NCBI GenBank assembly: GCA_030704615.1
Contig: CM060733.1
Location: 32,984,001 to 33,048,000 of the forward strand
Reading direction: 5' to 3'
DNA length: 64,000 nucleotides
DNA from: Takakia lepidozioides
Taxonomy: Eukaryota; Plantae; Bryophyta
How positions within the stretch are numbered: the stretch's first letter is position 1; the number at the start of each line of letters is the position of its first letter. The translations under genes and the position numbers were made by a program. Of this stretch, positions 24,901 through 38,111 are shown in pieces. Below the pieces are notes generated by a model. That model saw only the letters and a list, made by a program, of their open reading frames with translations, had not been told where the DNA came from and made no database searches.

Positions 24901-27900
24901 AATGATAGAGACATCAGGCAAACAACACATACCGATTGATGTTTCTATCGAATCCTTGGATGAGATCATGGTACGATCCTTGCTGAGCTCAACCGGGGGG
25001 TGGCCTGGATTTCCCTTGACGGATGAGACCGCAGCCACCACAGCCTGACGTACCAGCTTCTTTTCCTTGCCTTCAATTGATTCCTTTCTCTTCCGCTCAA
25101 TCAGCATCTCCCTTTCTCTGCGCTGTTGTTCTTCTCGAGGAGGGCCCGAACCATGTGTTGATGCCTCTTTGTTCAACATTGCTTTGTCGGACACAAACTG
25201 CACATTCGGGAGATGTTGAATGACATATGCATAGTACATTTACAACAGATATACAGCAATTATCTCAATCATCACCTCATACACAGAAAAAACTGACCAG
25301 TCTACCATCTAACTCAAGAGACAATTGGACTTACTGTCACGGTACCAGCCCGGGTTTTATCTGAGCTCCGTTTCTGGGATAGGTTGAATGTGGATGCAAC
25401 ACCTCCAGCTCGCGCAGCTAGCTTGGCACCAGTTGCCATCGACCTCTGGTTGAACAAAACAAATACAGTTTAATCAGCAGTGTCGACCAGTTGAGAGCTA
25501 CATTTTGACTCATTAGCCGTCATCCTGTTGAGAACACCAAATACTGATATCTGGAAAGAGAAGAAGATTACACTTCAGCGACAATATTACTTTCACCTCA
25601 TTGTCTGCTCCAACTCCTGCCCAAATACAAATATAGGACAGAGAGAACAGAAGCTACGACTGTTCAACCCACAAGTGCTTGTACTTCGGTCTCCAGATGC
25701 AACTATGCACATCTTAATTCTTCTACTCCTACCGTATGCTGTCTGTTAGTGTGTACATGTAGACAGGTGCAGTCAACTGCTATCCTTATCAATATCCTTA
25801 TCAAAAGTGCTTGCCTTTATTACCAACTGACATTGAGGGTATTGTATTAGTACTTCTTTGTCACAGCAAAGTGAGTCCTGTGCAGCTGAACCTTAGATAC
25901 TTTGACAGGGAGAGTGGTGCTAGCAGCAAGCCAGAAGAAACCTGAGGAGCAGATTTGGCTGCTCTTCGTTGACGTATAAATTCCATCAATGGGGTCACAA
26001 TCACCAAATCCTTGGTTCCCCCTGCAGCTGCAGATTCCCAGACAACATAAGGGAGGGAAACTTAACGCAAGCCCAACTAGCAAGAATGAAAACAGCCTAG
26101 ATATTCCCATCAGTACTCTTTCAACTCTCCTGAGGTCGACACGACCACAACCATGCTCCAGGTCCAGTAATGGAAGAGATCATGACAGAATCGCCAGAAA
26201 ACAAGACTCCTCGGTTAGATGCATGGAGCATACATAAACCAGCTCACAAACAACATAATTAGATGTAGACAAGCAAGATAGAAAATAGCTTAACCCTTCC
26301 TAGAGAGGGACGATCCTTCAAAAATGTCAACGTGTACCAAAATCTTCGAGGCAACTAGGATGACCCTTGAACTACAGCTAATTAAAGGTTATTTTCTTGT
26401 CTTTAAATAAAGGGGACTCATGCCACATGGATCACTGGCAATAAAAAGGTTGACTGCAATAGGGATGGTCGAAGAGTTGAGACGCATATCTTGTGCGAAA
26501 AATATCATGCAACAATGTGGAAGTGCAGGCTTTAACATACCTAGAGAAGCTGCCTTTTCAGCTTCTCTACGCTCCAGCTGCACCTCCGCACTGGGTAAGA
26601 ACTCTGTGGGTTTCCCCGACTGCTCCAAGAATGCCAAGTAGTCTGGATCTGTAACAAACCAGATTCCACCAGTGTTACCGTAGACCTACAGGGCCACACG
26701 ACCTAATAGGTAAGACAATACCTCGCAATCATGACCCCCTCCCCCACTTCCCAGCTATCCAAACGAAGCCTTCAAAGAACAAATACAGAACAGGAGAACA
26801 AATGAATCTCCCTCTGGGACTTGCCCTTTGCGATGGTTCCCTCCCGGATATCCTTTTTGGATCGAGGTTTTGGCACACGCTGATATGGGGCATATTCCAC
26901 AACTGCTTTGTACTGGGTCCCTGCGGCCAACAAAATTATCTATTCAAAAGACTAGCTGATAGTTGCCGAAGTGAAAAATCTTTGCTACTGCATTACTCAA
27001 AAAGAGATCCCAAACCCTAAGAGTGCAACATACCGAAAGCGAGCACCTTCCATTTTGGCCACAACCGACCATCTGTTCTTGCATGGTAAATCCAGGGGAT
27101 GATCTAGCATGCAATGGACAGTGACTTGAGATGCTGATCTACACAAACAGGAAAGGACATGGAAGCACACCTCTTTCGTTGACAAAAACATGGCCATCAA
27201 AATCATCATAGAAGTCGAGTACATCCTCAGGCTTCTTGAAGTTGATATATGCCCGTGCATGCACCTGCCGCTTATGGCTGCAGAGCAATCATAGAGGCCA
27301 ATGCACAACCCTAGTCAGCGCACAACCGATTGACCTGAACAAATCTCCTCCACCAGAAGGGCCTGAAATCTTCCTTAGAATCAGCTACATACATGTCATA
27401 ACACACTGTCACTTAGGTGTATAGTGTCTATTACGTGGAAGAATCCAACCACTCTAGCAACCCTCCTAAGAGCTTTCAAACTGTCTGCCCTGGGCTGACA
27501 TCCTTTTGAAACATAAGGGAGTTATACAACGCCTCCCATACTGTTCAAGCTCATTTACTACAAGTTGCTGTCATCAGCTCATACTGCTCACAAGGATCTG
27601 AACGTAGTCCCAAATGATAAGAGTGTGTATACATCCTTCCGGTTCGCCTGAACCACCCCTTCCTTTGAGCAGGTGCATGTGTGTGGGTAAAATATGACAG
27701 GTTCAGTGAAATAATCAACACTGAGATCAGGCAATCAAATAACGCACAAGCAGTCTTACAGTCACTCAGATATTGTGGAAAGTCAAATTTACAATATCCA
27801 CATAAAAATTCATGTGTGATTGCTGACAGCACCATGATTGTTTGGAGGGTGGGAACCATTTGTGGTTGCTGGGAAAAAATGAAATTCCGCAGCAATGGTG

Positions 27901-28654
27901 AGCTTCAATTGCGACTAGAACTTGAGGAACTGAGTGTCATAATATAGAAGCAAGTCACAGAGCCACCTTCCTAGACAATCCCATCGACAGTAATGTTGAA
28001 CTCTAGTTGCCAGTTAACAGCTATGGCTGTGGAAAGTTGTTCAGCTCTCATTTTTCAAAATATAATTCTCAGTGACAGAAGCTCACACCATTTCACTGAA
28101 GGCCATGAAGAAGAGCCCTCGAAATTCAAAGCATAATCATGTCCCCTAGTTGACATATCTTCATGAAACCCGAACCGAAATCCCTAGTGAAAGGCAAATT
28201 ATAGATGCAATCACAAGAGAAGGTGATGCGCGTTGATGATCGGCGAGAGTAGCCTCAGAACCAGACAATGTGTTGACCGCTGCCTTGACCATCCAGTATG
28301 CCATGAAATACACACTCTTCCGTCTTAGCAATTCACATTCTAACTGAGTAAACCTTCGTCCATTCTTCTCCCAGGCATAACACCCCAGAAATCAGTCCAA
28401 CATGACGGAGCTGCTCTCCACTGCAGCCTTCTACGTTCTGACACATAAGACAGAGCAAAAATCCAAACATCATTCTGCGAATATATGCATGGGAAAGGAA
28501 AGAGACGTTAATACCTGGATTTTCCTTGATGGAAAGCAATCCAGGTGTACGAACCGGCATACTTGGATGCAATTTGCTCTTGAAAAGCTGCAGGTGACAA
28601 TGTAGGGGGGAGATGGCGCAACACCACCTTGGTGCGCGCCTGCGTATCCTTCAT
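21986..28654 (-). CDS. UPF3: Nonsense-mediated decay factor UPF3 (Smg4/UPF3), 12 exons, 812 aa
   Basis: Exons 28654-28515, 27277-27171, 26920-26825, 26648-26541, 26027-25942, 25445-25335, 25197-24933, 24763-24561, 24000-23163, 22932-22636, 22359-22217 and 22030-21986 total 2439 nt with consistent phases. Motifs: RTKVVLRHLPP, RAYINFKKPEDV.DF...FDGHVFVNERGTQYKAVVEYAPYQRVPK, EGTIAKDPDYLAFLE, IVTPLMEFIRQRR, RRVRNKDRPDRPVW, EKQVWV..KS. An alternative in-frame ATG lies at 28717. Confidence 0.93.
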
Positions 28655-29199
28655 GGTGCTCTCCAGACACCGCCGCCTGCCGCTACTCCCTTTCCACTCC
28701 TGTGCCATGCGCACCATGTCGTCTCCACCTCCATATCCTCCTTCTCCCTCCCTTCCCCCTTCCTATCTCTTCTCCCTTCTCTCCTCTCTCCCCTCCTCCA
28801 TCGCTGTCACCATAGCCACGTTCCCCTTTTCCCCGAGCCTAGTCCCAGACCTAACCCCAAGTCAGCAGGCCCTGGATGTATGAAATCTGTTATCATCCGC
28901 CGACTACATTACCCTGGAGGCATATGGATGGAAACAATCCAGCTTCAAAGTCATTGAGTGGACAGAAGACATCCAACGTCCCCACCCTTACTTGACTTCG
29001 TCTTGATAGGCATTTCTTTCTCTCTGTTCGTAGTTTAAAAATACTGTTTAGTACGGTATTGTGAGCTGTCCGACGTCTTTACTATAATATAAGATATAAA
29101 TAAATAAACTTTGGATTTAGAAAAAAAAACAATTTGGACTGCCAAAAAGGAAAGGGGGGTGTCCGGAAGGAGCGATAGTAAGTTCACCACCTTTTTGCA

Positions 29200-30340
29200 A
29201 CCTTTCTGCTCTTTGGAGCATTCTGGTAAGCATTAACGCGCGCCCCTCCTCTTCTCCGTTGTGGCCTCCCTCCTTGAAATAGGTAGTGCAAGGAGGTTAT
29301 TCGAACAAATCCCCTTTGGTGGGCTCGGAAGCATGGAAATCTATCTGGGAGGCTTGGGTCAAAATGCGAGCTCATCTCTTTCAAAGAAGGCCGATCATTT
29401 TCGAGGAGGCTTCCAGGCAACCCCTCTTTGGAAACAACAACAGGAACTCGGAAGTTTTCCAAAAATGCTCGAAACGATGGGCTCCATGGAATGTAGCCAA
29501 TGTTAGCCACTTCTCTCACCTATGGGAAAATGGAGCGCTCCTCAACAGATCCATAGCATAGCCACCCCCAGCCTCTCATCCAAAAGATCCGTTGCAGGCT
29601 GGGACTCGCTCGTTCAAGATCTATCTTCAGACTGGATTTCCCTAGGTTCCTTTCCTGTCAACATCAGATCCCTGCCAGCTTGGATGGGACGCAAAGTGCA
29701 GTCAGGGTTGATTGCCCTTTATGCTACTTCAAGATCTGGAGACCTCCCCCACGGATGGAGCTTCCAGGTTATGGAATCGGGCACTCTTTTCTCCCCTGTG
29801 CAATGTCATCTTCAAGAGAATCTTTGTTATGCCATTCGGGTTATTTGCATGGCGACAGGAGAGGCCAACCCTTCGTTGGATCAGGACAGACACACTAACC
29901 CGTTTCTTAATTGGTTCCTTCGTGCTCCAATTTCTCGCATGCAATTCGATCCAGGCGAATGGTCCTGGAAGGACAAAAAGCATACCCCTTTTTTCAAATA
30001 CACGGTGAAACTTGGGGCTTCCCTTCTCAAGCCCTCCTCTCCTTTGGATTCCAAATGGACCCTGAAATGGTCTCACCTCACTGATTGCCCTTCTTCCTGG
30101 TATTGTGTTTGGAAGGATGTTTGGAGAAAAGACATGGCTTCTAAAATCAGTGGCTTCTTATGGAAATTGGTCAATAGAATCCTTCCTGTGAAGGCCCACT
30201 TCTCCGATGGCTCCTTGATTAGTGAATCTTGTAGGTTGCAGGCTTCGGAATCCATAGAGCATTGTCTCTTCGAATGCCCTATAGCGGCAGCTGTTTGGTG
30301 CAAATTTTGGCTTTCTATAATCAATGGAAATAGATTCCCA
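29200..30340 (+). mobile_element. L1-type LINE ORF2 3' fragment (post-RT region and zf-RVT), degenerate
   Basis: WKDVWRKDMASKISGFLWKLVNRILPV...C....ESIEHCLFECPIAAAVW is the plant L1 zf-RVT signature. Frameshifted upstream pieces (WKSIWEAW, RQPLFGN). Truncated at the Gypsy 3' end. Confidence 0.8.
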
Positions 30341-30937
30341 TGCCTTGCCCATCGCTATGGCGGCGAGAGAGGCCTCGGGAGGCTCGACTAGAAGAAGACG
30401 AGCCTGCCTACGTCTCACGTGGAGATAACCTCCCCACGTCCCAAGTGAGATTCGCCACCTCACTTGGCACATGGAACCAAATGAAGTCCCAATGCCAACA
30501 AAATACAAATATAAATGTATAATGTCCTCATTAGTTAGAAATAACTATTTCTAACTAATCACAAACAAAACCATGATAGCTGTTGTGCACCTAAGCATCA
30601 TGCCACAACATACATCGTTGTCCAACCACACTTCATAGCATATAGTCCTAGAAAGTCACGCCACAATCGCCCCCCTAGTTGGTGATTAGGTCCCTCTAAC
30701 ACCGGATAGCTTGCAAGTATCCACCCCAATAAGATCATCGCTTGGTCTTCAATCGCACAAGTCCCAACACCTAAAGTTGATAGATCAAGAGGTCGGGTGC
30801 AAACGTAGCCCCATCGTTAGTTGTCTTCATGCAATCCATGATCTTCAGCTGAGTATCCATGGCATTGAAGCCCCACTAGCTAGACCTTGGATCACTTGTC
30901 CGCCTCACCATTGTCATGTCCATTACCTCTGTCCAAG

Positions 30938-31072
30938 GCATCGTGGACACAACCATTCTCCGATAGGAACCTCCTCAAGTGGCGGTGTCAAGCATCTTGT
31001 GTGCCACCCCCTTGAGCATTTGTCACACACCAACATGGTTGCGGCGCCACCAGCATGCCCACATAGCATGCA
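30938..31072 (-). other. PHD finger at the integrase C-terminus
   Basis: CMLC...MLVCDKCSRGWHTRCLTPPLEEVPIGEWLCPRC is a complete C4-H-C3 PHD pattern with the typical PPL..VP.GEW.CP.C ending. Confidence 0.92.
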
Positions 31073-34000
31073 ACTCAACCCTGCAGGTACCACTGCAAGG
31101 TTAGGATCTATCCTCCCATCCACATGTGGAAGGTGACATGGCGTACAATTGCACACATGATCCTTATATACCATGTCATCTCGACCTTCCAGAATCAACA
31201 CTCCTGAAGGCAACACCTCCCTGACCCTTAAAATCACACGTCCTGCGGTGACATCCAAGGTCGTAGGTGCTGTATGCTGCAGATACATATAGTCCCCAGG
31301 GTAGAAATGCCGAACACTTGGCCAATATCCCCCTCCACGTATAGTGGCGTACTTCAATGTGTCTCGGTGTTGGGCAATAGCAAGGTTTTCAAAAGCCATA
31401 GGCGTGACTCTCTTGAACAACTCTGCCCGTTGGGTACATGTTTGTGTCCACACATCTGGATCATCAAGGTTGAGAACTATTACAGCCTCCCTGCGAATAA
31501 ATGCAAGCAAATCCGGCTCTCGGTCGAAGAGAAGAAAGTAAGATGAGAAGGAGGCAAGTGAAGCTTGTTTGCTGAACCTATAGCCCATAGCTAGCCAAGG
31601 CAGTTGAAGGTCCCAATCTCCTAGGTGTCCCTTCTGCAAACCGTACTTGCGCAAACCTTTCTTGACTATCTGAACAACTCTCTCCGCCAAGCCATCAGCC
31701 TCAGGATGATCCCGAGAAGTAGTGCGGTGATCTATCAAGGCTTGCTCACACAAAGCCTGAAACTCCCCCAAGAACTCTCTTCCCTGGTCCGTGAGTACCT
31801 CGGCTGGAGCACCAAAATGGCTAAGCACTCGATCTAAGAATGCATACGCAACCCCCTCACTTGCCTTGTCAGGCAATGCCACCAGTTCAATCCATTTGGA
31901 GAAGTGTTCCACCATCACCAGCACATACTTGTTGTGGCGAATCGTCAATGACAATGGGCCTGCGAAGTCAAGACTCCAACGATAGCCCAAACCCATAATG
32001 GGTAAAGGATGCAATTGTGGAGTAGGGGCGTTGAGAGAAGCCCGCACTCTATCACACACCATGCACCTTGCCACTAACTGTTGCACATCCGTGTGCATGC
32101 CCCGCCACCAATACTGCCCTTGCAGCAATCTATGAGTGCGCCGCACCCCAAAATGTCTCCACTCCTCATGGGCATGGCGTACCAATCGTGCTCGTTGTGT
32201 TGGATGAGGCACAATCCTCACTCGTCCATCCTCCCATACCCGGAGTAGGTGAGTCCCCTCCCACTTGAACATCTTAGCTCGTTGTAGGACCTGATCCCTC
32301 TCCTTAGCAGTCACACTGGCTGCTGTCTCTCCGGTACGAAGGTATGCCAACACTGTTGCATCTTCATGCACATCCTTAGCACCACCAAACTCCTCACTAG
32401 TTTCTGGATCATCATGCACGCTATCTATATGACCAATCGCATAGGATGGACCAGCTTGAGCTCCCATTGCTAGAATACACAAAAAGGCCGATGCATGCCA
32501 TCCTGGCACCATCTCCTCATCCGTCTCACCATGCCACCGAGCTCCAGTATCATCATGCTCGCTCGTGCATGGATTAAGACTCAATCCATCTGCATCCCGA
32601 TTGACAATACCGGCTCGATGCACCACCTGGAAATTGTACTCTTGAAGCATAAGTGCCCACCGTGCAAGCTTCCCTGTAAGCTTGTCTGACTCCATCAACC
32701 ACTTCAATGGCTAGTGATTTGTGACAAGGATGAAGAGATTGCCATAGAGGTAGCATCTGAAATGTGTCACTGCCCATACCGCAGCTAGACACTCCCCTTC
32801 ATAGGAACTATACTTCGCCTCGGCATCATTGTTCGAGCGGCTAGCATATGCCACTACAAACTCTCTTCCCTCATCATCTACATGTGTGAGCACTGCTCCA
32901 ATCCCCAGCATACTCTAATCCGTATGTAGCTGGAAAGGCCGCCCCCGAATAGGCCGCCTCAGAATAGGTGCAGAAGTCAATCGAGCCTTGAGTTCCTCAA
33001 AGGCTTCCTCCTGCTCCTCCTCCCACTGCCACTCCTAACCCACCTTGGTCAACTTGGTAAGAGCCTTTGCAATGCTGCTAAATCCCTCGACAAACCGTCG
33101 ATAGTAGTTTGCCAATCCCATGAAAGCACGAACTCTGCTCACATCCATGGGGCGTGGAATGCATGCAATGGCCTCCACCTTTGTCTGTTGAACACCCAAT
33201 CCTCCAGGGTATATCATGTGTCCCAGATACTCAATCTGATTGTGGAAGAACTTGTACTTTCCGAGGTGTAGTTTCAACCCGTGCACTCTCAAGCGCTCAA
33301 ACACCACCTGAAGGTGTCTCTCATGCTCCTCAACCGTAGTACTAAAGACGATGATGTCATCAATATAACACCGGGCGAAGTCTAGCCCCGCGAGAATCCT
33401 ATCCATGACCCTCTGAAACTCTACAGGAGCATTCTTCAACCCAAACGGTAAGAACCGCCATTGGTACAAACAATCCTTCCCATGTTGGTCAATCCCCCAG
33501 AATGCCGTCTTTTGCTTGTCAGCCTCTTTGATTGGCAACTGGTGGTAACCGGATCGCAAGTCCAATGTGCTAAACACCTTTGCATGCCCAATGGCATCAA
33601 AGATCTTCTCTGGAGTTGGCATGGCATATCTATCGGACTTAGTCTGACAGTTCATAGGATGATAGTCCCCACACATCCTTCTTTCTGTCCAATTGCCATA
33701 GATATCTTTCTTAGCTGGCATCACCGTTGTCGAGGCATACTCCCCGCCTGACAACTCCACCAATCCAGCTTCGAACAACTCCATAGTCCGTAACTGGATC
33801 AATGACCTCTCCATGTCACTATACTGGTAGGGCCTTCGAAAGATTGGCGTGTCACTTGCCAAATCAATACGAATCTCCTAACCCTTCAAACTCCCCAAAT
33901 CCTTCAATCCGAAGGCAAAGCAATTCCTATAAGCCCTTAGAAATCTCTGGATCCTCCATCTCTCTTCTCCGGTGACTGTAGGTCCAACATCTGGTTCCCA

Positions 34001-34444
34001 ATTGTCCTCAGTGACTGCAACCTTGGGTACACCATGCTTGGAGGTAGGAGACGAATCCTTTGGTTGCTAGATAGCAACCTTTTGGGCCTTGTCCGCCCAA
34101 TCTGACTGTGGCGTAGCCTCCACTTCCTCCGCCATAGCCACCTTGAGAACATCATCTGAGCAAGAAACATTCTCAACCTCTTTAAAAACCTTGGCCACCT
34201 TGGCCTCCAGCTGATCCTCAGTCCATGGCTCTCCCCACTCCTCATACTGCTGCTTGAGAGATCCAATGACTCTCTCTTTGCGTATCTCATCCCACATCTG
34301 CCATGGGTGTTTGCAACCCACAATCCTATGCTCGCCCCCACTCACTGCCTCAACCGTCCCGGTTGGCAGGGAGGATGCACTATCTAATGGGAGTGCAGAA
34401 GTAGCCATCAATGATTGCAATCTCCATTGCTCAGCCATGCAAAA

Positions 34445-35390
34445 GCTAATCACCCATGTCAAGCAATTTAGATCCATTGCCTGACCCAACACTTGGCGGC
34501 GTGATGCCTTCGAGAGAGCTGACACATTTGTAATGCCGGTGGCAAATCCCATTGCCCGCTCTCATCCACATTGGGCTCCACCTATTGCTGTAGCACACTG
34601 TCCCAAATCAACCCAGGACCATTGTCTCGGAAAGCATGAGATGAGGGAAAGCTCATGAGCGTAGGCAAGGCCGCACGTGGCTGCCCCACTCGATTGACCA
34701 CTGCTAGAGGTGGACGATCATCATGTCGCACTCTCTGTGGTTGCCTCCCTTGGTCCAAAATGCCCTCAACCGTGAGATTGGGTGGCCGATGAATGGAATC
34801 ATATGCTCTCTTGAGCAGCTCTGGTGGTGCAAGATTGGTCCACCACAATCGAGGTCGATGCGCGCGTGATCCCACCGCTGCTGCATCCAATAGCACCGCC
34901 AATCCAATCCAAGACCGTACCCGATGCACACTGGCCATTACCCTGGTTCGAGAATCCCCCATAAGAGGAACATTCTCCAAGATATAGCCTAGAGGTTGCA
35001 CTTGCCTCGTCTGCAAGTCCCGCAACACTCGCAACATCTCCCAAAACAAATGCGATCGTGCATCATGCAAGCCATTCCCATGACCTGCGGGAGAGTGTCA
35101 TTGGCAAGGCCATCCGGCTATCACCAAGTCAATGGGACCATGCCGCTGCAAATCATCCGCCCCCATCAAGGTAATGTCTGCTAGCAAGGCCTTTTAATAC
35201 CCTTGAACTGTTGATAGAGGCAACAACTCAGGATACCGGTGTGTGAGCAAGGCAATGTGGCGCATGGAAATACGTCGAGCAATCTCATACTTCTCCACAT
35301 ACAAGTACTTGCGTACTTTAATCCCTGCTTGCAACACTTCTGCAAGCCCAGTGCTCATGCCTCCAAACAGGTCTAGCAAACAAATCCCTG
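34445..35390 (-). pseudogene. C5-cytosine DNA methyltransferase domain (DNMT3-like) within the Gypsy pol
   Basis: Motif I LLDLFGGMSTG, II YLYVEK, IV DLVIAGWPCQ (35101-35130), VI YILENV, VIII LDAAAVGSRAHRPRLWWTNL, IX/X (E)RAMGFATG..RRQVLGQAMDL. Interrupted by stops at ~35194, ~35100 and ~34582 and by a frameshift. Confidence 0.9.
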
Positions 35391-38111
35391 AGTCAGATGG
35401 TTGCCAGGTAATGGGCACTGTGTCTAAAGGAGCTAATTCAGGAGGTCCAAGTGATGTCACTAAACTCCCCTCACTCACCAATGGAAAGGCCTCCCGCCAT
35501 GCTTGGTGCACACACTCGCCTTCTACTCGATGCAAATTCCCAACCGTACCCCACAATGGAATTTGCACAGGCACATGAGAAAGCAAATCAGCCTTGTATG
35601 CCAATTGTTTGTCCCATCAGGTGATGGCATATCATCTACATGGCTATTGCCCTCCAAGAGCTCACCACCCCAAACCACCACCCCTGAGAATGCAGCCAAT
35701 GTGGGCATCATGTTCCTATGATCCATCGCTACATTCCCAATAAACCGCACTGGGAGCAGTGCACATCGGCCATCTCCTGACTGCCATTCCAGCCTATATG
35801 ATGTCGTTTCCTCCCAAAAGTCCAAATAAAGCCCATGGGGTATAAACACAGCCCCACCAACAAGCACATCATAAGACATCGCGTCCGTAACAATGGCTTT
35901 AGCTCTCATGACTGAGCCGTCCATAGGATGATCCGGCTGCAATCGAATGAAGAGCTCATGACGTGTAATCCCTCGTGCCTTCTCTGAACCGCCCAAAGAT
36001 GTTTGAATTTGGAAAGGGCAATGCTCCAAATCCGCCTCTGTAAGGCCCAAGCCTGCAATTGCTGCTCTTCCCAACATCAATGGCTGTGCTCCCGAGTCCA
36101 ACAATACCCGTAGTGGCCTATACCTCCTCCCGGCTGGGCCACCCAACTGAAACACACCATCCTGATTGTCCACCAGGACTACCCCAGGAGTCACCATATT
36201 ACGCTCAATGGCTGGTCTAGCTGACAACTCCTGCAACCTTGCAGCTGCCGCTTGCCATGGTGCAGCTGTGGTTGTCTTCACCCTTGAGTCCATGACATCC
36301 ATGCACTGCACATTATCCGCTATCCCCGCAGACAATGCCGATGCATCACCACTCTCACAGAGTCTAGCTGCTAGTCTGAACATAGCAGCTGGCCGAATCC
36401 CCGCCATTGCAATGGTCATCGCAGAAAACAATGGAGCTTGGCAAACCACCGTAGCCGCCCCCAATAATGTACTGGCTGCACCCTGCTTTGCAACATCACC
36501 TACTGGCATTTCCCGAGCCACACCAACTCTCCTCACTGGTACTCGTGGCTCTACCTCTGACACACTTAGGTGAACGGGTACCATCGATGGCGTAGTTGGC
36601 ACTGTCTCAGCCAATGTGAAAGACTGTGGAAGCCTTGTATGTCGACTTGATTCCCCTCTTTGTGGATCAAAATCCACATCTGCTCCTCTTGGCTCAGGAG
36701 CACGCGTTGTTGCTCGAGTGACAGCAGCTACAGAGTCCACATGCAATGGTCTAGCAAGTGCAGCTCCACACATGAAGCCCATACCAATCTGGTCTTCCCT
36801 AGGCATAGGAGGCTGTGCAGGTGGGGCTTGAACCTCAGGCCTTGGAGCTGACGCCACATTAGTAGTGGCCATGGCAGCAAGACGTTGCTCTAGCTGGGCA
36901 AGCCTATCCACCATGCCTTGGTCATGACCTTGACCTTTGACCTTGTGCTCCTTGGTTTTGGTTACGACCTCCACCTCCTCTACCTCTCTGGGCTACATTG
37001 CCTCGTCCTCGGCCACCATTGTTCCCTTGGAGCTGGCCTGGACGTAGCTCAGGATGCAAGTCATAACAATGGGCCTCTTCATGCCCATACTTGCCACAAT
37101 GCCCACACTGTAGTTGTGTAGGCTGTGCCTGTGCCGACCCTTTGCCCCTCTCCGGGCAATCTCTCTTAACATGGGGTCCTCCACAATCCCAACATGACAC
37201 ACCCGACTGTTGTTGGCCTGAGAATGAAGGAAGTGACCTTTGCAATTGAGATCCTCTCTGTCATTCCCTGGGCTTTGCCCGAGCCCCCTTGTTGCCTTGA
37301 GCACGTTGGGGTAGTGGTTGTTGTTGGCCAGGAGCCCTACTTCGTTGTGTCTCCTTACCAAACCCCACCATGACCACTGGCTCCTCCACCATATTGAGCT
37401 CTATCATAGTTTGCAATTTTAAGGATTATGCAATTATTGAACCTTGCGCAATAGCGCGAATTTGACTTCTTCGTTTCAATCTTATTCTAAATATAAATAA
37501 AAACGACTTCCAGTTAGATAATCCTCAATGTTCTCAATGTACTTTAATAGTCCTTCCGCTAGACTTCTCGCAGTGGGATGAAATTAGTTCATCTGTGTGG
37601 TGTCCTCAATTCAATAACGCGCGATCGCGCGTGGTTCTGATGTTGCTACCGCTCAGAAGAATTTTCTTGGGATAATAGATGTCAGGATACTCTTATATGA
37701 TTGAAAGAACAAAGTCATGTATATGGATTCTGTTTGTCATGCTTAGCAACATCGTTGTTGCTTATAATCGGATTTTACGTTATTGGAGGGAAAATTGTGA
37801 AAAATTGTGGAAAATTGAAAATTGTCGATCGCGCGTTCTTTGAGTGTATCTTTCTGTACATTCTGTATCTGAGCACGAGTTCTTGATGATTCTTCCAGTG
37901 TGGTGGATTCGTGTTCGATGAAGGAGGAGAAGGAGATGGGACATACCGGACACAAGGCAACGCTTTCACCCTCCTCACAAGGTGAATGCGGAGCTGCGGT
38001 TATTATGACGAGACCTTCCGAAGGAGTTCGTGTTATATCATCTCCAGTTTCTACAATTACATCCACAGAGGAGCCTGACACCTACTCCCTGAATCAAACG
38101 ATCAGGACAGT

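Larger units (their letters stand above)
30341..37390 (-). mobile_element. Ty3/Gypsy LTR retrotransposon (gag-PR-DNMT-RT-RH-INT-PHD), 5'-truncated and pseudogenised
   Basis: Minus-strand order: two CCHC knuckles (CWDCGGPHVKRDC, CGHCGKYGHEEAHC, ~37200-37070), protease LLDSGAQ (~36100), C5-MTase, RT (LDLRSGYHQ, PFGLKNAP, YIDD ~33360), RNase H (YASRS, YEGECLAAVWAV), integrase (HHCC zinc-finger remnant, WSLDFAGP, LTDQGREF, DGLAER) and PHD. PPT AACTAGGGGGGCGAT is followed by TG at 30665 (candidate 3' LTR start). Several in-frame stops. No 5' LTR; the left boundary is approximate. Confidence 0.92.
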
